DNA from: Octopus vulgaris | Lineage: Eukaryota | DNA length: 64,000 bases | Direction of reading: 5' to 3' | NCBI GenBank assembly: GCA_951406725.2 | Contig: OX597830.1 | Span: 61,380,001-61,444,000 of the forward strand | Position numbers and translations under genes: made by a program | Part shown: piece by piece, positions 14,485-31,247 of the stretch | Numbering within the stretch: the first letter of the stretch is position 1 | Layout: each line of letters begins with the position of its first letter | The notes under the pieces: model-generated | Told to the model about the DNA's origin: nothing | The model's database searches: none | The model's input: the letters and a program-made list of their open reading frames with translations, nothing else

Positions 14485-15028
14485 GAGGCGCAGGCGTGGG
14501 TGTGTGGTAAGGAGTTTGCTTCCTAACCATATTGTTTCGAGTTTAGTCCTACACCGCATCATCTTGGGCAAGCGTTTTCTGATACAGCCTGGGAGGGTCC
14601 AAAGGTTTGTGAGCGGATTTGGCAGATAGAAACTGAAAGTAACCTGTCTCTTATATAAAGTTAATCCAAACATGAAAGCACAAAAAAACACAACAACGCG
14701 AGGACGTGGAACAAATATAGTATTATTGGACGCTCAGGAAGGAAAGAAAGAAGGAGGGTTTAACGTTTCGAGCGGAGCTCTTCGTCGGAAACATAGGGGA
14801 AGGAAAGATCCAGAGAAGGGAAGACAAAGAAAAAATAAATCGCCAACGGTACACATGCGGTCACACATATACTTTATAATTAGGGTTCAGCAAAGATTTG
14901 CTTTACCACATACCGAAGTTTAGAAATAGCAGCCAAAATGGTCCGTTTTCATGCCGAATTCGACTTGGTGAAATTATTGATTACTGCTTAATTAATTAAT
15001 TTTACCCTTTGTTATTATTATTATTATC

Positions 15029-15061
<33 letters not shown>

Positions 15062-15270
15062 AATATATATATATATGTGCGCGCGCATGTGTGCGTGGGT
15101 GCGTATGTGTGCGTGTGTGCGTTTTTGGGTCAGTTTTTTCTCTCGTCACTTCTAGATACCAGACTTAAAATATAAGTACTGGGTTCAATTCATTCAGCTA
15201 AAAGTTCTTCATAGCGGTGCCCCAGCGTAGCCGCAGTCTAATGACTGAAACAAGTAAATGATGAAAATGA
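14485..15270 (+). mobile_element. Old family-B SINE split by insertions (head 14485-14650, tail ~15120-15270)
   Basis: Diverged head and tail sequences flank the HHR element and a microsatellite. Confidence 0.65.
14659..14868 (-). mobile_element. Small non-autonomous element with a minimal hammerhead-like motif (14758-14792)
   Basis: Minus strand gttt-ccgacga-a-gagc-tcc-gctc-gaa-acgt-t-aaac. Near-identical inverted copy at 23002-23180. Confidence 0.8.
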
Positions 15271-15271
15271 A

Positions 15272-15306
<35 letters not shown>

Positions 15307-15682
15307 CCATACATCTATGCATCCGTTCATCCACCCATCCCTCTATCCTCCATTCAGCTATCCATCCATACATACATATATATACATACATACATACATG
15401 CATAACTTCCTTAGTTTGAAGTTAAATAAAGAAAAACAAACTAAAACCCCAAATAAAACATGCTATCCAGATCCACGTCCTATAATAAAAGGTTGTACAA
15501 TTTATGTTTGCGAGAAAGCCTAGTGTTGTATTTACTAAGGCTAGTGTACTAAACGGCGAAAGGATCTCTGTGTAAATCACAGGGTCACAGAATCTTACCT
15601 CTATTCCAAAGATAAGTAATTCTTCCACTTAATATTTACTTTCTATTAAACCGCGTCTAATGAATCTTAGTCTGACAGTATT

Positions 15683-15706
15683 TTAGGGTTAGGGTTAGGG
15701 GTAGGG
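15683..15706 (+). repeat. Short interstitial (TTAGGG)n-like tract
   Basis: ttagggttagggttaggggtaggg. Confidence 0.7.
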
Positions 15707-16049
15707 ACAACCCTATTGTCCCTACACAATCATTCTCTAGTGTTGTCTTTTATGCCATGGGTTTACTAAGTCGTATTTAACTACTTAAGTATTTCAGAAT
15801 CCTTCCAGTTACTTTCACTTTTTTCTTATAATGTGACATTAGTTCATTACATTTTCTTTTCTTTAGTGACCCAACCTTTTCGTTGCTTCAATATTAGTTA
15901 ATAACTGCCGCTATGAAGAACTTTTAGTCAAAGAAACCGCCTCCTCGTGCTGTAATACTGTCTCCTCAATGTAAGGATTAAAGTGAGTGTGTTAAGAAGT
16001 GCTGATAAGAAGGATGTCGAGGTTTGTATCAATGAATGAACTCATGGAT

Positions 16050-16340
16050 TCATCAGGCCACAAACCGGCGTCTGGAGATTTCCAGGTTACCTTTAGCGTG
16101 TAAAGATGTCCTGGAGTTCTATTCAAAAAAAAAAAAAAGAAGAAATTTTCAGACTATCGGACTTGATGTAGCACAATTATATAGATCAATTCCTTATGTG
16201 CTAATACAGGAAGCATTAAATTTTTTCTGCATTCCAGCCAAAGAATTTATGATTTGCTGGCAGAAACTTCAGATGGACAATAGGATTATGTTCAATATGT
16301 CTCCAACGCTTTTCTTGATTTCTGAGGCGTTAGAATAGAG
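16050..16340 (+). pseudogene. Probable Penelope-like RT fragment
   Basis: GLDVAQLYRSIPYVLIQEALNFF resembles the PLE RT motif xxDVxxLYTNIP...EA(I/L). Confidence 0.55.
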
Positions 16341-16989
16341 AAGTGTAAGAGGTTACGCAGAGAGACTATGAATTTTTATGGATAACATTACTGCCATTTT
16401 TGAAATAAGAAAGATAAAAACTCTTCTACCATGATTGGATGAGGTATTCTGGCAAAGGTGACTACAACGTTGATTGCTCTGTAGTTAATTGCCATTGGCA
16501 ACTTAGGGTTAGAGGGAAGTTTAGAGTCAGGCAGATTTCTAGATTGTAATTCCTTTTCAGAGCAGTATATATGCTTCCATTCGCAGCTAATCGCGCCATT
16601 GAGCATATTTTGGTAGGATGCTTCTGTATTGTTTACGTTGTAGTTTAAATACAAGAGATTTGCTAGTGTCTTAAAACTACAATAGAGCAGTGGTATGCAA
16701 TGAGAATCAATAAGAATGGCAAAGCGAGGAAATGATAAGGGAAAAAAATGAAATCCAGACTTGGGAATAGTGCTTATGACAAGAAGGCATCGTCTCGCTT
16801 GGCAAGGAAGTCTTGGTTGTTTGATTCACGGTATCTTGTGACGACAATATACGGTTTCTTCGGGTGAACTGTGACAGTTTGCATACAAGGAAAAGAAGAC
16901 ACAATATCTCATTCAAAAATAAAGGTATTCAAAAATATCAACCAGATTATGGCTTAGAGATAACAGCTTATCCTCAAGCCGCCATAAGC

Positions 16990-17691
16990 TTCCACCACGA
17001 CTTCAAGATAACGCCGGAACATTGGCTCAAGCGTTCCTCACAGTGTTCCTGGAAAGATTTTCAAACACTTCCTCGTTCTTGACCCCCAGATCGGCCTTAG
17101 TGTTGCAGGCATTGGGGTTGGTGTCTTTCTCAAGTGCGCTCCACACATAATATACCATAGGACCACAATCGAGGGAATTTAAGAGACCAGAAATTTAGGC
17201 TGGTGAAGTCATAGAAATTCTCCGACGACCACGTCTGACTCTTTCCAGGGGCATGGTAAGGACTCGAATCCTGCTGTCAGACATACAGCCTTCCAGCAGC
17301 AATCATCTGCAGCCAAGGATTAACTACAGTCTCCAGCAGTTTTACACAGCCGTCTGAATGGAGTCTAAGGGTTTGTTAAAAAATATGAGGCGGATGAATT
17401 CCGGTGCGCAGTATCCCTCCCTGCTGACCACAGGCACGTCTTACAACATCTACAGTGTTCATAGAAGACTGAGCAGCTGTCATGTTATCGACATTTTGAT
17501 CCCCGGCGCGAATTATCATGATAAAGCAAACTCCAGTATTGAGATGTTTTCTTGTTCTCTTTGTCAACTAACAATTTCTCAACTACAACTTTAATCTTTA
17601 TGCTCTCCAATGACGTTGAATATTCACAGATACATCACGTTCCTGAAAAATGAAGACATAAAATTGTCCAATTTATCCCGAACGCCCTCTA
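16990..17691 (-). mobile_element. Tc1/mariner-superfamily (maT, DD37D-like) transposon relic
   Basis: Minus-strand translation gives VKLLETVVNPW...QQDSSPYH...FW(frameshift)NSLDCGPMVYYVW. There are 37 residues between the second D and the mutated third D position. A TIR-like end tagagggcgttcgggataaattg lies at ~17670-17691. Confidence 0.78.
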
Positions 17692-18575
17692 GTGTGAGCA
17701 TTTGATGGGAAGAGCTTAAAATATAAAGGACTTATGGAATCGTGTTAGGCAAGATTATGCAGTGCATTCAGCAGAGGTAGGATGGAGCGCATTTGTGGCT
17801 GTATCTATTATGTCCTACTTGACTTTAGAAGGACTGGTGGTCACAGATTCGGGAATAGTAGAAGGAAGCAGAAGATTATTCTCCCATTACTATCACTGAT
17901 GCATATGAAAGAACAATAAAAAATGAAAGCAAAGACCAAATTTTCTGAGTTGTAAAACAGAATAGTTGCTGCATGGTTGGTGTTGTTATCGCTGTAACCT
18001 GTTTGGTATTGTGGCTACACGGACGACAAAATGATAAAAAGTACCATTGCGAGGAGTAAAGTTAGCTGAGCATTTTCTGTGAGCATCAGTGCGGCCCAGC
18101 AAGATGAAAAATCCTTTGAGGAGATAAGGAAACAAATATTGATACGTCCAATCAACAATAGATAGATGGAATGTTTTAGATTATTTAGATATTCATATAT
18201 ACCTCTGTGTATGTAAGTACCTATACGTGTCTGTGGTTACGTGTAACAGTGTCAGCCGGTGCCCTGTTTGTGTCACCTTAAGTCAAAACCGTAACATAGA
18301 CGTTCGATAAATAGGTTGCAATAAAATACGTGACACACTGAAGTAAGTCATCGAATTGATATGGCCCACCATAAACACTCAGGTAGAAACAGCGGCAAGG
18401 CTGTAGCCGGATGACAGAAATCAGTAAAATATTATGTGTATTTGTGTGTGTGTGTATGAGTGAACGTGTGTGTTAGTGCATGTATGTGTGCCTGCGTGTG
18501 TGTGTGTATGTGTGTCTCTCTCTCTATATATATAATTAATAGTCTTCAAGATATACATTATGTACACGTGTATAT

Positions 18576-18607
<32 letters not shown>

Positions 18608-18897
18608 TCATAGTTATATATTATATAAATATGAAATGAATGCTCAGGGTTTTTTTTTTAATTATCAACGTGTAATTCTCTTTAAGCGATTGAAACAAAA
18701 CAAAAAAATTGTTGACTGTAGCTTACCTAGTTTGATTCTGTCATATCTCTTAGGCGTGTTCAGGTGTTACTGACGTCAGTAATTGACCGCTAGATATGAC
18801 GTCATCTCACTTGGTCACGTACCATTTTCAGTGTCTTCAAGTTTTCAAACTTTTCCGACGAGGGACAGATATATATACATACGCTCATATACATACA

Positions 18898-18967
<70 letters not shown>

Positions 18968-19030
18968 TATAATATGCCTACATACATACATACATACATA
19001 CATACATACATACATACATACATACATACA

Positions 19031-19079
<49 letters not shown>

Positions 19080-19314
19080 TAGTACATATATATGTATGTA
19101 TATGTATATACACACATATAGGTGTCTGCGTTTCTGTGTGCATGTATGTGTGTGCGTGTGTTCGTGCATGTATACATACAAACATACATATTTACATACA
19201 TATGCAGGTGCACACACGCGCACATACGCATACACACGCACATATTTATACACACAGAAAAACACCTGTATGTCGAGAAAAAGAGACATAGGACGAGAGA
19301 GTAAGAAAGAGTGA

Positions 19315-19349
<35 letters not shown>

Positions 19350-19514
19350 AGAGAGAGAGGGGGTAAACAGAAATGGAGAAAGAAAAGGAAGATAGTTTAA
19401 TTCGGAGTAGGGCCAGAGAAATTTCTCTATGTAGTAAAAAAACAAGAGACGCGAATAACGTTAAGGATGACGTGTGTATACATACATACATACATACATA
19501 CATACATACATACA

Positions 19515-19545
<31 letters not shown>

Positions 19546-19561
19546 GTATATATATATACAT

Positions 19562-19710
19562 TTCTGCCGAGGTCGACTTTGCCTTTCATCCTTTCGGGGT
19601 CGATAAATTAAGTACCAGTTACGCACTGGGGTCGGTATAATCGACTTAATCCGTTTGTCTGTCATTGTTTGCCCCCTCTGTGTTTAGTCCCTTGTAGGTA
19701 GTAAAGAAAT
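19562..19710 (+). mobile_element. Meta-domain SINE, 5'-truncated, tail type A
   Basis: ggtcgactttgcctttcatcctttcggggtcgataaattaagtaccag (Meta-domain-like) followed by tail ...cccttgtaggtagtaaagaaat. Confidence 0.85.
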
Positions 19711-19838
19711 ATATATACATTTATATACTTAACACTAGTATAATGTATCAATATTATTTATTTATACACACACACATTCACACACAATATAAACAAGATA
19801 TTAAGAGCTAAGGAGAGAGAGAATGAGAGAGAGAGAAT

Positions 19839-19871
<33 letters not shown>

Positions 19872-21006
19872 GGAGAGAGGAAGAGAGAGGGAGAAAAGGA
19901 GAGAGAGAGGAGAAAGAGAGAGTGGAAGAAAAAGAGAGATATAGGGTTGGAAAGAGAAGGGAAAGGCTTCAAATTTACAGATTTCTCTGAATGAGTCAAA
20001 TCTATTTAAGATAAAGCGTGTATGTGTGTGTATGTGTGTAAGTGTCTGTGTGTGTGAAAGAGAGAGAGAGAGTGTGTATGTGTGTGTGAGTGTCTGTGTG
20101 TGTGCGTACGTGCGTGAGAGAGAGAGGGAGAGAAAGAGGGAGAGATTCAGAGAAAAAAGAAAGGTGGAGATGTTAAATGAATGTGTATATGGCAAAAAGA
20201 ATATGAATGCAAGAGTATAGTAATAGATATGTGTAAGAGTTTAACAATGGGAGACTGAGCGCGAGTATGCAAATATGAGATTGCCAATGTGTGTATGAAA
20301 TTGTGTGCGTGCGCGCGTGCGTGTGCATGTATGGGTTTGTGAGCGAATGTGTTTGTGCACTTGGTTGTAGTGTGTAAGAGAAAGTGATAAAGAGATGGCT
20401 GTTGAGATGATGTGAGACCACATTGAATAAGGAGGGGAGAAGACTGAGTGAAGTGGATAGGTTTCCCCTGATATGTAATCTGTGAGTGGATTGTTACAGT
20501 TGTAGTAAGTATTATAAAGGGTGTAAAGTGTGTCAGCAGCTGAGATGGTATGTGTCATCACACCCAGTCCCGGGTACAACGTTCACCTTACTCTCTTCCG
20601 TAAAAGACATCAACATTGAAGCAATCTGCTGACATACTTTACGGAAAGTTTTTCAATCTCTCTCTCTCTTTCTCTCTCTGCAAATATCTACTTTTATATC
20701 TGTCTGTCTGTCTGTTTGTCTGTCTCTATCTGTCTGTCTGTCTGACTCTCTCTCTCTTTCTCTCTCTCTCTCCACATACCTATTATTTTTTTCAACAATT
20801 TCTCTAATTCGACTACAGCCATGCAGGGGCCACCATGCAGGGGCCACCATTTCCAATGGCTTTACTCGATCAGATCAACTTCATTACACATTTTTTCAGT
20901 CTGGTCCTTATGTTATCCATTCCGCTACGAAACATTTAGGTACGAAACACACTAACATAAGCATGGATACTCACACACACAAACACACGCACACACATAC
21001 ACACAC

Positions 21007-21062
<56 letters not shown>

Positions 21063-21100
21063 ACACACACACACACGCGCGCACGTACACACTCACACAC

Positions 21101-21135
<35 letters not shown>

Positions 21136-21605
21136 AAAACTTACATATACTTAAACTGCATCAGGTGGTGAGTGAAACCCCAGTTCAGGGATTCTGGAAT
21201 CGTAAGGAGCTTGGCGTTATTCTTAATTACTATTACTCCCAAGTCCGGAATGATAATACCTGTCAGGGCCCCATATATGAGTTAAGCAGATTTCTGAGGG
21301 GTAGAGGTGGCTACCGTTATTTTTGACAAAGTCTTAGGGAAGGTAGCTCTTCTACGAGAAACACACCCTGACATAAAACTTGCAGTCAAAGTATGATAAT
21401 AACAGTCATCTTGCACCGGGACCTAATATGCCAACCGGGAGAGTGACAAAAGTGTTGCACGTGCTTTTGTCACAGCAATTTAATAACGTTCAGTTGTCTA
21501 CCATTTTATTTCTTGTTGTGTGTTGTATTTCATAAAGTCTTATGGCGATGGATACGTGATATGAAAAGTCATATCTCTTCACATCATGCAGGCATGAAAG
21601 TGAAT

Positions 21606-21918
21606 GTGTTTTGTTGTTGGTTCCTTCTCGAGCCATGCCTGTCTCATAAGGGCCAGTTTCCCGGTTTCTTGGCGTATAGGTTCACCACCTGGACGGGACG
21701 CCGGTCCATCGCAGGTGAGCTGCAAGATGCAGAAGGAAAGAGTGAGATAAAGTTGTGGCGAAAGAGTCAGCAGAAGTTTCGCCATTACCTTCTGCCGGAG
21801 CCGCGTGGAGCTTAGGTGTTTTCGCTCATAAACACACACATCACCCGGTCTGAGATTCGAACCTGCTATCCCTTGACCGCGAATCCGCTGCTCTAACCAT
21901 TAGGCTATCTGCCTCCAC
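21606..21918 (-). mobile_element. tRNA-derived SINE, full length (family A)
   Basis: Homologous to 1110-1420. 12-bp TSD atgaaagtgaat/atgaacgtgaat at 21594-21605 and 21919-21930. Confidence 0.9.
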
Positions 21919-22120
21919 ATGAACGTGAATAAGAACATTCAGGCTGGGTATGAGGCGGCTTTCATCGGACAAGATGAGTTAATGATCATATGTATATATC
22001 AGGATGGTTTAAGGGGGTGTTAATTTGTTCTGTCAAATAGCCACACGCGCTGTATACTTATTCTTTACTTTAGCTTTATTCTTATTCTTATTTTAGTGTC
22101 CTTTGCCTGAAATCTTTCGT

Positions 22121-22503
22121 CACACATATTCTAACATCTTCAATGACTCTCCATCCCATGCGTCTCCACCTATTCTGCTTAGTCCGATAGATAGATAGAT
22201 AGATAGAAAGATAGATGTACACACACACAGTCAATTCAATATATATATACATGCATACATACATAGTACATATACATTTATATATATATATATGTGTGTG
22301 TGTATGTGCATATATATATACACATACACATACGCACACATGTTTATTTGTTTATTTGCAAGATTCCTGATGTGAAATGGTGTGTTGAAACAGATATTTT
22401 TATATTTGGGGATGGTCATCTTTTGTTTTGCCAAAGAACGGACTAAGCAGAACAGGTGGAGACACATGGGATGGAGAGTCATTGAAGATGTTAGAAGATG
22501 TGT
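22121..22503. repeat. Inverted pair of ~65-bp repeat fragments separated by microsatellite
   Basis: ttctaacatcttcaatgactctccatcccatg...ctgcttagtccg (22129-22186) versus cggactaagcag...catgggatggagagtcattgaagatgttagaa (22439-22496). Confidence 0.9.
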
Positions 22504-22689
22504 ATGTATGCATGTATGTGTGTGTCTGTATGTATATCTCTTTCTCTCTCTCTATACATATATGTATGTGTGTGTGTGTGTATGTATGTATCTACATACA
22601 CACACACATGGTCTCATGATCTGAGAAAGGCAGTTCTGCAATGTCTTGCTGAAAAACGTCCGCAAAAAATGTGTATATCGTGATGAAAT

Positions 22690-22902
22690 GTCGGTATTAT
22701 ACATAAGCTTACCACCACCTCCGTCCAATCGACCTTCCTTGTACAGGTGTCCTGTGTGCCACACGTCAAATGTCGAAGTCATCGAAGAGGAATGTGAGAT
22801 AAAAGTGTTTTTCTCAAAAAACACGACGCACCACCCGTTCCAAGAAGTGAAACAACGATCTCGCGAACGTGAGAGCAACACCCTAACCGCCAGGCCACAT
22901 GC
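22690..22902 (-). mobile_element. tRNA-derived SINE, degenerate
   Basis: Minus-strand head atgtggcctggcggttagggtgttgctctcacg, followed by aaaacacttttatctcac as in the related heads. Confidence 0.65.
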
Positions 22903-23001
22903 CCTCACATACGCGCGCGCACACACACACACACAAACACCACGCACACACAAACACACACACATGCATATGTATATATGTGTGTGTGTGTATTGTATGT
23001 G

Positions 23002-23180
23002 ATTTTTTTCCTCTGTCTTCCCTTCTCTGGATCTTTCCTTCTCCCATGTTTCCGACGAAGAGCTCCGCTCGAAACGTTAAACCCTCCTTCTTTCCTTCTT
23101 TCCTGAGCGTCCAATAATTCTATATTTGTTCCACGTCCTCGCGTTGTTGTGTTTTTTATGCTTTCATGTTTGGATTAACT
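23002..23180 (+). mobile_element. Small non-autonomous element with a minimal hammerhead-like motif (23048-23082)
   Basis: gttt-ccgacga-a-gagc-tcc-gctc-gaa-acgt-t-aaac; flanked by (TG)n and (TA)n. Confidence 0.8.
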
Positions 23181-23274
23181 GTATATATATATATATATAT
23201 TTGGGTGTATGTGTATAAATATACATGTATGTACGTGCATAAGTACGTGCGTATGTATGTTTGAATGCATTTGT

Positions 23275-23338
<64 letters not shown>

Positions 23339-24240
23339 TTGTTTGTGCATATGTCTGAATATCACAAAATATACTTACTGTTCAGCAAAGTATTTCATCT
23401 AAACAGACCTATTGTCAAGCCATAAACAAGTTAATGAGATAGTCAAACAGTTCAATATCGAGGCCAGATTTAGCCTCAAAGTTTAATTATTTAACCCTAT
23501 AAAATCACAATTTCGGGATATCAGGATACAGGATAAACGTCTATTGCAAATAATCAGATTAGATTTAGGTGTCTATAAAGGAAAGTGTATATTATCTATT
23601 ATACTCTCGTATGGACAACTTAGACTTTCAAATTTCAGCTCAACTCTCAATAATATTCCATAGTAAGTTTTAAAAGCTATAAAACAACTTAACATGGACC
23701 ACCGAATGTACTTTTCAAAAATTAGACTTAATAATGCGGCAAAATATTGGGTAGCTTTAACTACTGTTTCAGTTCAGAGATTCTCACGGAATCTTCGAAT
23801 AAAAGAGGTAAGATAGAGTAGAAGTTTGGAGCACTAAAACTTTCAATTCCCGATTACATAGGATAAAACAAACAGCTGAAATATTAAAATAGAATTTGAA
23901 AAAGTATTATAACACAAACCGTCGAGTTATCAGTTTTCCAAAGTCACTCAGTCCCAGTAGTATCAACATAAACAGCAAACTGCAACACACTAAGGGGATC
24001 TGCGTGGAAGGGAAATAGCAAGGTTTTTTTTATAAGAGATCGAGGATTTAAAAAGTTTGCCGGAAACATACTGAATAACAGTAATAACAAATAGCACAAT
24101 ACTTGCAAAAGGGATACATTTAATTTCAGCATAAACATGTTCTTTTGCGGGTTTTGTATCATTAAACAGAAGTTTTGAATAATATCTAATCTTTCGTCGT
24201 AAGAATCTGAAAAAAGTTTCACGGGTACTATTTTAAATAT

Positions 24241-24448
24241 GCTGACAGAACCGCGTTAGCATGCCGGGCGAAATGCGTAGCCGTACGTTCTGAGTTCAAA
24301 TTCCGCCGAGGTCGACTTTGCCTTTCATCCTTTCGAGGTCGATAAATTAAGTACCAGTTACGCACTGGGGTCGATGTAATCGACTTAATCCGTTTGTCTG
24401 TTCTTGTTTGTCCCCTCTATGTTTAGCCCCTTGTGGGTAATAAAGAAA
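24241..24448 (+). mobile_element. Meta-domain SINE, tail type A
   Basis: B box gagttcaaattc, Meta domain, tail tgtttgtcccctctatgtttagccccttgtgggtaataaagaaa. Confidence 0.88.
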
Positions 24449-25126
24449 CAGATATAATACCTAAATTTATTAAAACCACTTGTCAAAATTTTTGTTCAAT
24501 AATATCGCCACCTATTCGATCTTGTAAAGTTTTGCTATCAATTAACTTACAAACTATTTTTAAACCAGAGTTAAGAATTCAAGTACAATTCAAGTACTTA
24601 TTTACAAAAATTGGTTAAACAACAAATAGGGAACATTAACTGTAAAAGGGATAGACTCTTAAGAAGCTATGCATAGTTTACCATATAAATGGATCAGCAA
24701 AACTTTAAAATCATACAGTCTTCATCTAACATACGTACGATCAAAGGCGTTGCTGTAGTAAACATACTGTCTGATATTTCTAGGAGGCTGGACGAACACG
24801 TTGCGGTTCTCACAGCGGCTGCTTGCTCATCCCTTTATAACAGAGATAAGAACAAATGATTAAATCTGACATTATACATCACCAAAAATATTTTCTGCCA
24901 ACAAGTTTAAATGCAACACACTTAATACTGGTATTTGGAACGACGACTTAATAAAATCATACTCAGTTATGTAACTCAGTTGCTTACTTTATATCAAGCA
25001 AAGGCAATAACATCCTGCCGAGGAGGAGTTTACTCGTCCCGAATTCAAAATCTACTTTCACCGTCATATCATGAATGTATATACATCATCAGTATGTATA
25101 TCATACCAATGTCTATACATCTATAT

Positions 25127-25184
<58 letters not shown>

Positions 25185-25204
25185 CGAGAGAGAGAGAGAG
25201 AGAT

Positions 25205-25530
25205 GTCAGACAGAGATCGATGTCGGGAACCTTGCTAAGAGATCTTGAACGAGGAGATCAGGAATAGAACTGGAGTGGGAGACGTCGTTGCCGAATACCC
25301 CCATGCAAAGCTACGAAGGGCCGGTCATGTCAGACAATCGGTGGTCCCGTGCAATTGTCGAGTGGTACATGCGCGAACGGAAGAGACCACTCGGAAGGTC
25401 TCCAATCAGATAGGAAGATGATTTCAGAAAGATGCTTAGAACAACCGGCCAGAGAAGAGCAAGAACACGAGGAACATGGAACAAATGCTGTGACCAACGG
25501 AGCCAACTTGGCAACAGACAGCCTATCCAG

Positions 25531-25533
<3 letters not shown>
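25205..25533 (+). pseudogene. 3' end of an RTE-clade LINE
   Basis: Translates in pieces to NEEIRNRTGVGDV, AGHV and DNRWSRAIVEWYMRERKRPLGRSPIR*EDD, a typical RTE ORF2 C-terminus. Confidence 0.85.
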
Positions 25534-25584
<51 letters not shown>

Positions 25585-25635
25585 TGCTCGTATCTGAATC
25601 CTATTGCGATTTTTTTCCGTCCAAAATAAGTTATA

Positions 25636-25733
25636 TTCTTCTTCTTCTTCTTCTTCTTCTTCTTCTTCTTCTTCTTCTTCTTCTTCTTCTTCTTCTTCTT
25701 CTTCTTCTTCTTCTTCTTCTCCTCCTCCTTCTT
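25636..25733. repeat. (TTC/GAA)n microsatellite
   Basis: Directly visible. Confidence 0.97.
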
Positions 25734-25808
25734 GAGACATGCACGCTTAGTTCGCCCACAAAAGAATCCCCCCGCATACCTTCACGCACTCTCCAAGGCA
25801 AGCCCCTC

Positions 25809-25840
<32 letters not shown>

Positions 25841-26750
25841 ACAAAAGCGTACGCCTTCAGTTTAGAATAAGGGAAAAGACGTATTGCAACGTGAGGCCTT
25901 CCTCCAAAAGAATTAGCCGTCTCATTGATAGCGCATGGCAGAATTAAAGAGTGGGTGTCTCAGAAGCTGCGTGTGGGTGTATCCATGATAGCACTGTAGC
26001 AATTTGTTCGGTCACAATTTCGTGTTAAAGAGCATATCATACATCACTAGTGGTATGTGAAAATTTGACAAGGTTAATCCAACCTAAGCCAAACCGCTTA
26101 GATACGCCGTATAATTATATGTCTACCTATAGTTAATAATTACATACTCATTAACTTACTTCCAGGCCGGCGGCAAGTAGAGATTGTTGGAATTGTGATA
26201 GCTTAAGGTTTTTTTTATTTTATTGTTAGCGATGTTAGTATAGGAGGAAAATAATGGTGATATCTAGGTAGTGAGTAGTAGCAATAAAGCTGACGTAGTT
26301 TTTTGACCATCGCTTGATGACGTAGTTGTGCTGAAGGGGATGCCTGCCTGATGATATCGCTTAAAATAATGCTACTTTAGATAACCGATTGTGACTGCTA
26401 CAGCGGGGAGGGATCTCCATGCGCTTGAGTTGTTCTCAACCATTTTTTTGCCTATGGACTCCTTTGATTCCTATTTTACTCGGGTGGGCCCTCATAGCCA
26501 TTCAATGCTTAAAAAATCCTATTGTATTTTTATAATTAAATATCATTTAAGAACTTGTAAAAAAATTGGCAAAATATTTTTTTATTGTAAAAGTATTACC
26601 AACTAATTTCATATAGATTTTAACAACAAAATCTTGTTGAGAACGACTGCGCTAAACGATGCATGCATCCGCACATATATATTCATATATATATATATAT
26701 ATGTGTGTGTGTGGGTGTGTGTGTGTTTGCTTATATATATATATACATAC

Positions 26751-26805
<55 letters not shown>

Positions 26806-26809
26806 CACG

Positions 26810-26897
<88 letters not shown>

Positions 26898-27299
26898 GAC
26901 TCAGACACACATCCACAGAACCCTCATCTTTCTGTAATGAAGATGAAGGAAAACCAAAAAAGCCTAAAAAAAAAGCTCAAAAGAAAACTCCACAAAGCAT
27001 AACAACACCCACAATAAAAAATAGACACAACACACGCAAACATCTCCCCAATAACACCGACATCAATACAACCAACACGGTCACTATCACCAAACGCAAA
27101 CAACCTGTACAGACACAAGGATACTCATACAAACATCTGAAACTAAAGATACCACACTCACAGTAAACACAGACACCACCGGAACAACAAGAAAACCACC
27201 ACTATCACACTCAAGCAAACGATATAAACAATTACTACAAAAAAAAAAACACCGAACTTCGTATTCATCAGAAAGGACAACAAGGAACTGATGGACCTC

Positions 27300-29991
<2,692 letters not shown>

Positions 29992-30084
29992 AAACTTTAA
30001 TAACTACAATTCTTAGAAATTTTGCTGTGAAAATTTATCTGTGAGCATTTTAAATTTCCTACAAAATGATATGAGAATCATGCA

Positions 30085-30900
30085 TATCCACAATTTTCTC
30101 TGGCCAAACACACAATCGATCATCTCCCAAAACTTTGAAACTTCAATACCTCTAACTTTCTGTGAATACCTGTCCTTTCCTGAGTATTCGAAAATGTAAA
30201 AATTCTCTTAGTACAAGAACACTACATTTCTCACTGGCCGAATACACAAACGATCATCAGTAGAAAATTAGAAAAAAAAACTTTAATAGGCACAGGAGTG
30301 GCTGTGTGGTAAGTAGCTTGCTTACCAACCACATGGTTCCGGGTTCAGTCCCGCTGCGTGGCATCTTGGGCCAAGTTTCTTCTGCTATAGCCCCGGGCCG
30401 ACCAATGCCTTGTGAGTGGATTTGGTAGACGGAAACTGACAGCAGCCCGTCGTATATATGTATAGATAGATATATGTGTGTGTGTTTGTGTATCTGTGTT
30501 TGTTCCCCCTAGCATTGCTTGACAGCCGATGCTGGTGTGTTTACGTCCCCGTCACTTAGCGGTTCGGTAAAAGAGACCGATAGAATAAGTACTGGGCTTA
30601 CAAAGAATAAGTCCTGGGGTCGATTTGCTCGACTAAAGGCGGTGCTCCAGCATGGCCGCAGTCAAATGACTGAAACAAGTAAAAGAGTAAAAGAGTTAAT
30701 AATTATAATTCTCTGTGAAAATTTTGCCCTTTTTTTACTCTCTGACTACTCGAGTATGTAAACGTACCTTTTATTCCCAAATCGCCATTAACCGCATGAC
30801 AAACATTTCCTCCAAAATAAGTTGAAAATCTTACATATCCACAATTTTTTCTGGCCAAACACCTTTCAAACGATCACCTTTAAAAACTTTGAAACTTTAT
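30085..30900. repeat. Degenerate tandem repeat interrupted by a SINE
   Basis: catatccacaatttt...ctggccaaacac...cgatca...aaaactttgaaactt occurs at ~30083 and ~30834, with a partial third unit at ~30234. Confidence 0.7.
30289..30695 (+). mobile_element. Family-B SINE, full length
   Basis: Homologous to 13502-14008; possible TSD ttaata on both sides. Confidence 0.92.
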
Positions 30901-31189
30901 GAAATAAACAACTGCTAATATATACTAACTGCATAATTACGAAAGCTAAACCACAGCAAAACCTAACCTATAAAAAGACAGGAAAAATTTATTATATATA
31001 TATATTATATCTATGTATATATATATATACATATATATATCCTTAAATATATATATCTTAAATCTTAAAAATATATATTATATATATATATGTATATGTA
31101 TATATATTTATATGGATAACACCGTACAAAATTCTGGTGCATCTGACTCTTAAGTACCATATTCATTTGAATCTAAATTTTGCTGAACT

Positions 31190-31247
<58 letters not shown>

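Noticed and set aside
15683-15706. True telomere or chromosome fusion site
   Set aside because: Only about four imperfect units, with no inverted array.
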